Assembly: GCA_054661495.1 (NCBI GenBank)
Contig: BAAFSQ010000311.1
Coordinates: 1 to 11,195 of the forward strand
DNA length: 11,195 nt
Source of the DNA: Zygophlyctis sp. KS116
Lineage: Eukaryota > Fungi > Chytridiomycota
Direction of reading: 5' to 3'
A program made the position numbers and the translations under genes. Shown piece after piece: positions 1 through 6,754 of this stretch. Below the pieces are notes generated by a model. It saw nothing but the letters and a program-made list of their open reading frames with translations, had not been told where the DNA came from and did no database searches. The stretch's first letter is position 1, and each line of letters begins with the position of its first letter.

Positions 1-3000
1 ATTGAAACAACCTGTTTGCTGATATTATCCTTACTGTTAGATATAGTAGTATCCTTGTTAGCCACGGCTTCAATTTTACTATTAATTCTTTCCCTCGGGC
101 TATCAACTGTTGAAACAGCCTGTTTGCTGATATTATCCTTACTGTTAGATATAGTAGTATCCTTGTTCGCAGGATGGCATTCTTGTGAGTCTGTATCACG
201 GCTATGAGAATATCTCTCAGCAGCATCAGGTTGTATATGTGGTGATGTATTTCTGCCTAAGATATTAATTGGCGCGGACATAATATTTGATTTCATTTTA
301 GATTGAGTTGAGTTCGCTCTAGTATCTATGACGGATTTCATGTTATCATGAATAAGATTTTTCTCTTCCGTGATTGATTCGCTATCGATTGCCATTACAA
401 CATCTTCTGGTACTAATGTGTTTAAAACGGGTCGCTTTCGAGCCAGCCCGTTTACGCTTGATAGAGACGATGATCTACTGCGTCGTAATTCGTCCAAGGA
501 TGATCTGGCGGATTTGGGCCGCATTTGTAAACTTGCTTGAAGATCACACACACTGCTTGCCTTTTTTTGAGCACTTGAATCTAAAAAAGGCAGATTACAT
601 GATATTTCTGAAGAGGAAGACTGCTTACTTTTTTTTGGTTCTTTTTTATTTCCCATAAAAGTCGGACGAGGACTTGATATTCGAGAACTATGTAATCCAG
701 ATTTTGAGTTATTCTTATTTTCTTCCATATGCGACATCCGCTTGAGATATTCTGTACTAAGGTATGAAAGATCTAGTGGTAGTTTTGTATCGACCGAAAG
801 ATAGTTTTGAGCTATAATAGAAGCCAATTCTTCCTGATCAGATTGTGCATCAGACTCGTCTGTACAGAAAGAATCTTCATTTCTAAAAGAATTTTGAAAC
901 TGTTCATAATTTTCATCCAATGGCTGGTTCGTGAAAATTATCATTCCTACATCCAAATCATCATTTACTCCTAAACGTGCAGGCTCATTAAAATCTTCGT
1001 CAACTTCACTAACGAGTTCGAGATTTGATATATGCTTAAAAATTATGGATGAGCTGCGGCTATGAGACGATGTTTCGCTTGTGGATGATTTCCTAATAGT
1101 TTCTTCTTTTTGAATGAATGTGTGATTCACGGCAGAAGAAATATTATCATTTTCTGTCACATTTGTTAGTTCATTCTCTTTGTGACTGGAATTTTGAACA
1201 TTAGAAATAAAATTTCCAGATTTAACCGATGCACTATTTTCATGGTTATTCAGGAACGAAACCACAGTCCCATGAGCATGATTTATCGAGGTCTTATAAT
1301 TTTGTCGAGTGTCTGGGAAATTCAATAAGTCTTTTGCCGCATCTCTAAATTGATGAAGATCAGTATCCACCTGGTCGAGGAGTTTATCAGTAATCCTTTG
1401 TGCTTCTTTCTTTTTTGTAAAGATCTTTTCCAATCCACTTTCGTAAGTAGCTTTCGTATGTTCAAACGAGATTCCAAGCCTCTTTCTCCTTTCGTTTAAT
1501 TCCTTGATGAATCCTGCTAAGCGAGGATGTTGATCAATTTTGTCGTCAACTTCCAAAGAATCTAGAATGCGGTAACAAGTATTCAGTGCGGCTTTATTGA
1601 GGTCTAAGAATTAATATAACTTTAAATAAATAGTTACTTTTCAACGGTGAAGAATTATTTGATTGCTTAACTTTTGAGTCAAAATTGTTGGATAATAGTG
1701 TAAAACACATGAGTCGAAGTTTCCAATATGAATCTAGACGCATCCTCTGTAATAATGGCTCACAGATTGTAACTACACGTGCATCTTTAAGTATGATATC
1801 TGAACTATACTGTGATTTAATTATACCTGAAATTATAGATCCCAATAATTTTCTATGAGAAATTTGAAATTTTGAATTTCCAGATTCAAGCTTAATATAA
1901 TATCCGTTCAGAACCGAGACAAATTGATGCAGAGATTCGTATCTGTAGTCATCCAAGTTAACATCATAGATTTCACAGTCCAGAAAAACGTGCTTAGAAA
2001 GATGAAGCGTCCATAAGTATATTGATTCTCGAAATCTTTTCGCGATTATACTCCTTGTATTAGCTAGATTATAAATACCTTTTCTCGTATATAATGAAAT
2101 TAAGATATTTTAATAGCCAATAAAATGGGGATTCTAATTTTAAATCATTGTCCTTCATGATTCTGGATGCATAGCAATTACCTCGAATGAAATGACAAAA
2201 TATGTTGTTTTCACCATGATTAAGACAATACAATGCTAATAGCCTTGAAGTATGGTCTCGAACAAAATAATTTGGTGAATTTAAAAACGTCAATAAAAAA
2301 TTTAAATCTGTGTCGCTCTAGATTTTAAGGTATTGGTATTAATTACATTTTTGGGTTTTAGAGACCTATACAAAGTTTCAATTGCAAAGCAGTAAAGATT
2401 GACGCATTCTTTCTCCATCTGTTGATTAGAAAAATACGATGCGGATAATGAGTTGTTTGATATCTTTTGGAGCCATTTTTGTGCAGTTTTTTCACCTTTT
2501 GAATCTAGAAATAAATTTGAAAACAAGATTACTCTGTGATAGTTCAATCATTACATACATGCATTCAGCCTGATTTGCAGGATGAGTACATATTTTTTCA
2601 AGAAGCGGAAAGAGAATGCTCTCCAATATCAATCCAAAATGTTCTGATTCATTTACAAATTGTAAAGTTTGAACACTTGCTGCCCGATCCCACTCCAGCA
2701 CTGAAAAGTACTTTAGTTTTAAGTTTCTAACCAATAATTCTGTAATAATATCTATAAATGAGATCAAATTTCTCAAGCCCTTTCCGGTTCCTCCGGACTT
2801 ATCAGGTGAATTGTGTATATTTTTATCAGCCATTTCACATAGATTTTCTTTAATAGATCTGGAAATATTAATTGCTAAAGAAAAGCATTCCAGATAATTG
2901 GAAAATATCAAAAGATATTCTTTTACTATCATAACACTGAACATGAAGGGATTATGAAAATATTTCATTTTCTTTGGCGGATCTGAAAGGCCGATACTTA

Positions 3001-3675
3001 TCTTGAGAAATATTTTACGATCTACAAGTAATTTTCCAAGTGTCTAAAGTATTAATCAATGGAATTTACCCTTGATTGAGTTGAAGAGTATCCATTAGAA
3101 TTATTGGACAGGCTGCATAGATTCCTATCAAATTCCTCCAAGATTAGTAATGCCATACTGTTTGTTAAATCTAATGAATGAGTCCAGCATTCTAATATCG
3201 TTTTAAAAGACTCATGCGCCTTATCGCAGTAACAATCAATCAACACAGTTGCAGAGTCCAATAGAATCTTTGATAAAAGCGTAGCTGAATTCCCAACGTC
3301 CGAATATATTTGATTATCCTGTACAGACATTTCGTATGCTAATGTATGATGTATTTTTCTAGCCAAAAATGATAAGAGACCCATCAGGAGAAAATGTAAC
3401 TTTTGTATCACGACGATATTGATTGGGACGATGACAACTTGTCTTTGCGCCAACAAAGAGAAATTCAGTCCGGCAAATACAGTTAACAACAGAAGCTCTC
3501 TTTTTTTACATGAATGCTGGCGATATGATGGAAACTGCCTAAGCAGCGGCGGTATAAAGATATCAATCTTATCCTTGAAGAAATTAGTATTATCCGATAT
3601 TGTCCAGTCTAAAAACAATTCCAGAATCATTTCCATTTTGGATGTATGCCAGAGGCTGCTTCTATCAATCCTCAT
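1..3675 (-). CDS. Large uncharacterised protein (>1178 aa, 3' end outside window): Leu/Phe-rich, probably helical N-terminal ~700 aa, then a Ser/Asn/Glu/Lys-rich low-complexity region
   Basis: Exons 3675-3070, 3043-2559, 2533-2347, 2317-2079, 2053-1638 and 1603-<1. Five GT-AG introns of 25-34 nt join the track ORFs 3052..3675, 2492..2968, 2302..2547, 2069..2293 and 1594..1956 in frame. They lead into a stop-free 1603-nt frame (NLNKAALNTCYRILDSLEVDDKIDQHPRLAGF...) that the track omits because it has no stop in the window. I do not recognise the family. Confidence 0.8.
2..170 (-). repeat. Coding tandem repeat, 108-nt (36-aa) period, truncated by the window edge
   Basis: 2-59 matches 110-167 with one mismatch (A10/G118). 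The unit reads ANKDTTISNSKDNISKQAVSTVDSPRERINSKIEAV, followed by ANKDTTISNSKDNISKQVVS. Confidence 0.93.
1604..1637 (-). other. Spliceosomal intron, 34 nt, gene A intron 5 (phase 1)
   Basis: gtaactatttatttaaagttatattaattcttag; removal joins ...SPLK-N-LNKAAL into the long open frame. Confidence 0.85.
2054..2078 (-). other. Spliceosomal intron, 25 nt, gene A intron 4 (phase 2)
   Basis: gtatttataatctagctaatacaag, with a GCTAAT branch-like site; gives YEKRSIIAKRF. The adjacent GAG (ending 2051) is an in-frame NAGNAG alternative. Confidence 0.8.
2318..2346 (-). other. Spliceosomal intron, 29 nt, gene A intron 3 (phase 0)
   Basis: gtaattaataccaataccttaaaatctag; gives KPKN-SDTDLNFLLTFLNSPNY. Confidence 0.85.
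2534..2558 (-). other. Spliceosomal intron, 25 nt, gene A intron 2 (alternative candidate 2505-2532, 28 nt)
   Basis: gtatgtaatgattgaactatcacag restores the frame, but so does the neighbouring gtaatcttgttttcaaatttatttctag. Confidence 0.55.
3044..3069 (-). other. Spliceosomal intron, 26 nt, gene A intron 1 (phase 0)
   Basis: gtaaattccattgattaatactttag; gives TQSR-TLGKLLVDRK, in frame with ORF 2492..2968. Confidence 0.87.
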
Positions 3676-3732
3676 TGCTAGAAATTTAACCGATCATATT
3701 CTCCGGATAACAGTTTGGTAATATGATGCGTT

Positions 3733-3738
3733 TTTATT
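3733..3738 (-). promoter_or_regulatory. Candidate polyadenylation signal AATAAA of the MFS gene
   Basis: AATAAA lies 4 nt after the TAA stop, inside a 67-nt intergenic gap. AT-rich context lowers specificity. Confidence 0.5.
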
Positions 3739-3742
3739 ATTG

Positions 3743-5408
3743 TTATTCGTGATTCAACTGATATGATTGAAAGAAGATGATCAAGTTTAGTAATGATACC
3801 AGCAGAAATGTGAAATTGAAGTCAAAAGGAAAGTTTAAGGTTGAAGTTAACGACCATGACCATACCACGCCTCCAATAGCTGGTCCAATAGATCTAAGAA
3901 GTTAATATTTTAAAATTTGGATTGAATCTAAAATCCAAAAACCAAAGTGATATATTACCTGACAAATGCAGCCGCGACTTGACCAATACCATGCACGGTT
4001 CCAAGACATTTAAGACTAGGACTAGAATCATTCACCAGAATCATTGCGCAAACATATCCAAAACAACATGATACAAGTCGCACAGATAGTAAAACAAATA
4101 GACCAGCGTGAATATAAAATCGGTTTTGGTCTGCTATTATACCTTTATCATCAGCTAAATATCGTGCCAAAATATTTAAGCATGGAATTGTTGGAACACA
4201 AAGAATCATCATTCCTACAGAAAGCCTAAATGTTCTAACAATTCCTAGCCATCTTTCTACGACAGGATAGACAAATAATTGAATCGCTATTTGAATTATT
4301 CCTAGTGATGACATAACCAATCCAAACTCTTTTGCAGTCATGGATAATCCTCCTGTTAATATAGGAGTAGCCACAAAAAGTGCAAGTACTTCATCAAAAA
4401 TTATATTAACAAAGGCCCACATTGCGTATGCAAATATACTTCTGATTACATCTTTTGTCAGTGTTTCTGAGAGTGTAGAGTAAGGACTTTGATTTTCAAC
4501 AAGTGTACGACTTGATTCTTGTTCATGATCTAGTAATAGTCTTTCAGTAGACTCTGAAATGGATAAAGATTTTGTCTTTCTGCTCGCCAATGTTTCTTCT
4601 AGGAAATTGAATCCTAGAAGTACTCCCAAAACACTAAAAGATGAACCGAATAAACAAGGAAGAAAGTATGGATACTTTTTAAAGATTACAGAGTCTTTAA
4701 AAAAGTATGGAATATTTTCAACGGGTTTCGCTAAAATACCTCCCATTGCAGGGCCAACTACCAATTAGCCTTTCAAAAACATACTTATTTGTCCAATTCC
4801 AAATGAACTTTCCCATAATGCAAAAGCGAATCCTCTATTTGTAGAATCTGTAATTTCTCCAATCATACTCTTTACAACGCCAATCGTTCCATTCAAAAAC
4901 CCACAAGCTGATCTCATGATTAACGCTTGATAATAAGTAGAACTCATTCCAAATAATGCGCAAGTTATTGCATTCCCTGCCATTGATATTAAGATTACAG
5001 ATTTCCTTCCAAAACGATCAGAAACCCAAGACCAAGGCAATGAAGTAAAGAATTGAGCTACAGAAAACGATGATGCCATTAAACCAATGTAAGGACCCAA
5101 TGCTCTTGGATCATCCGTTACATTAAAATCCTTGACCATGAAATACACTACAACTTAGGAAATATAATTACTAAATGGGAATAGAACAGAGAATTGGATC
5201 ATTTCTACAAGATTAATTTATATTTGATCTTACCAACCAATGTAACCAAACAGATCATAAACATTTGTTTTTTGGGAAGCGGTGTCTGACGCTGAGGCCC
5301 TCCGGACTCTTGATCATCTTCCAAATCTATTGGGACTTCTTCAAAAAGATCAAATATTGAAGATCCTAGAGATAGCTGAGATATGCTTTTGGAGTAGACT
5401 AAATTCAT
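3743..5408 (-). CDS. Major facilitator superfamily transporter, DHA1-like (yeast YCR023C / plant ZIFL-type), 506 aa
   Basis: Exons 5408-5234, 5204-5172, 5147-4785, 4757-3959 and 3893-3743 total 1521 nt (507 codons including stop). It has TPLPKKQ before TM1, EMIQFSVLFPFMYFMVKDF, MFS motif A (SDRFGRKSV), motif C (GQIIGPAMGGILA), YPYFLPCL, and C-terminal GTVHGIGQVAAAFVRSIGPAIGG. The first in-frame ATG is 5408. Confidence 0.93.
3894..3958 (-). other. Spliceosomal intron, 65 nt, MFS intron 4 (phase 2), with internal hairpin
   Basis: gtaata...ttaacttcttag; restores the conserved FVR-SIGPAIGG. Inverted repeat at 3916-3923/3932-3939. Confidence 0.9.
4758..4784 (-). other. Spliceosomal intron, 27 nt, MFS intron 3 (phase 1)
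   Basis: gtatgtttttgaaaggctaattggtag; contains an in-frame TAA; removal restores GQIIGPAMGG. Confidence 0.93.
5148..5171 (-). other. Spliceosomal intron, 24 nt, MFS intron 2 (phase 1)
   Basis: gtaattatatttcctaagttgtag; contains an in-frame TAA; removal restores LFPFMYFMV. Confidence 0.92.
5205..5233 (-). other. Spliceosomal intron, 29 nt, MFS intron 1 (phase 1)
   Basis: gtaagatcaaatataaattaatcttgtag; gives LVTLVEMIQF, followed by a 33-nt exon. Confidence 0.9.
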
Positions 5409-5499
5409 AATATTCTCCTGATCGGGCTGACGTCGTGGCTTACTCAACCTGTCAAAACACTACTTGGGCCAGCACGAAATATTTATCCAAAACATTCAA

Positions 5500-5505
5500 T
5501 TTATT
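5500..5505 (-). promoter_or_regulatory. Candidate polyadenylation signal AATAAA of the Ebp1 gene
   Basis: AATAAA directly abuts the TAG stop (5506-5508). Confidence 0.55.
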
Positions 5506-6688
5506 CTAAACTGCAGCTGCAGCCTTCTTCTTTTTAGATTTTTTACTTGCTCTAACTGGTGTTTTTAATAGTGCGATAATAGATTCATCCTTGATCTCCA
5601 AACTAGACTTGTAAAGAGCTTCATCCCATGGAAAAGATGTGATTTTCAATGGACCAGAAGGCATTAAAAGAATAGTAAACATAAAATGAGCAACATGAGC
5701 CTCTTTGCTCTCAAATAATACCTGATATGGAGTAACTAATCCATGCGAAGCACATTCCATAATTCCTAATCTTCCCTTCTTTTCATCTTCAAAAGAACGT
5801 AGAGTGAATGCCATATTACCATAATTCTTTGATACATCTGAAAATACAGCACGAGATGCCTTCATTTTCAAATTATAAACTGAATCAGAATTACGTTTAT
5901 AAATTGTAGTTCTAGTATCTAATACTTTTGGCTTTCCATCTCCTGTAGAAACCAAAATATCAACAGAATATGCTTCTCCTTCATTAAATGTATAAGTTTC
6001 AGTATCTTTTCTTTGATTTTCTGAAGGATTTAAAATGATTTGTTTTGGACCATCTAATATATTTCTTAAAATTTGATGAGTCAACATTCCTAATTTTAAT
6101 ACTTTTAAACTTTACCTTCGACTGGATTACAACCATATTCATCAGAAATCTTTTGAATAGCTTCAGAGACTTCCCAATTAGTTTTTCCTGGCTTGATTAA
6201 GCGGATAGCAGCTTCTGCTGCATTATATGCTGCCATTGTAACGTCTGCCTTTTTACCAGTGACTGGATTTTCCTAAAATTGTTCAATTTTTTTCTAAAAA
6301 ATACCTTTGAAGCTCCAACCCAAGTTGTAGTTGCTACTTGAGCAATATACCCATCAATATGAACTCCCAATTCCACTCTTACAGCTTCCCCATCTTGAAT
6401 TTCCCAAGAATATTCAGGATCAGACACCAATGGAGATAAGTGACAAATTGCCCCTTGAATACTAACAGATGTAGGGAATGCAATCCCCTTCTTAACATCT
6501 CCTTTACCATAAACGGTTTTAACTGCATCGGTAATAAATGCATCACCGGCAGTGCAAAGTTGTCCAATCTTTTCACCAGCTTTGATCATTCCCAAAACAT
6601 GAATCAGGGCTCTGTTAGCAATGTCTGCAGCAGTCTGATATTTAGTAACATTAACAGGATTCAATGCATTATCCTCTGTGTCTGACAT
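5506..6688 (-). CDS. PA2G4: Proliferation-associated protein 2G4 / Ebp1 / curved DNA-binding protein Cdb4 (non-catalytic M24 methionine-aminopeptidase fold), 374 aa
   Basis: Exons 6688-6305, 6272-6116 and 6089-5506 total 1125 nt. Family motifs: VTKYQTAADIAN, KGIAFPTSVS, LGVHIDGYIA, VTGKKADV, EGMLTHQ, YSVDILVSTGDGK, YNLKMKASR, AFTLRSFEDEKKGRLGIMEC, FTILLMPSGPLKIT, and a Lys-rich C-terminal tail (KKSKKKK). Confidence 0.96.
6090..6115 (-). other. Spliceosomal intron, 26 nt, Ebp1 intron 2 (phase 1)
   Basis: gtaaagtttaaaagtattaaaattag; restores the conserved PVEGMLTHQ. Confidence 0.95.
6273..6304 (-). other. Spliceosomal intron, 32 nt, Ebp1 intron 1 (phase 0)
   Basis: gtattttttagaaaaaaattgaacaattttag; restores VGASK-ENPVTGKKADV. 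Confidence 0.95.
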
Positions 6689-6754
6689 TTTTTTAGCGGC
6701 CTTGACCTGCTGTCCGCAGCAACGTCATTCAGTCTCCTCATTATTCTTTTTTAA
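6689..6754. promoter_or_regulatory. Putative bidirectional promoter, 66 nt from ATG to ATG
   Basis: Lies between the divergent start codons of Ebp1 (6688) and gene D (6755). It has a GC-rich core flanked by T-runs, a dyad TGCTG-TCCG-CAGCA (6708-6721), and ACGTCA (6722-6727). Confidence 0.65.

Noticed and set aside
16-658. Plus-strand ORFs 16..207 and 374..658
   Set aside because: They are antisense to the stop-free last exon of gene A and use non-ATG starts. The hydrophobic look of 16..207 is the mirror of Asn/Lys/Ser codons in the repeat.
3678-3690. A 13-nt GT-AG segment (gttaaatttctag) whose removal would join ATG 3697 in frame to gene A (MIAMR...)
   Set aside because: It is far shorter than any supported intron here (minimum 24) and has a weak donor, so it is probably coincidence.
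2536-4768. Plus-strand ORFs 2536..2730, 3419..3721, 4044..4229 and 4559..4768
   Set aside because: Short shadow frames antisense to genes A and B, with no recognisable motifs.
5409-5447. TTG start at 5447 proposed by the ORF track for the MFS gene
   Set aside because: This is a eukaryotic gene; the first in-frame ATG is 5408 and the upstream stretch is needed as promoter/UTR.
5506-6688. Active methionine aminopeptidase (M24)
   Set aside because: The metal-ligand set looks incomplete (for example IDGYIAQ and AHFMFT), and the motifs plus Lys-rich tail fit non-catalytic Ebp1/Cdb4.
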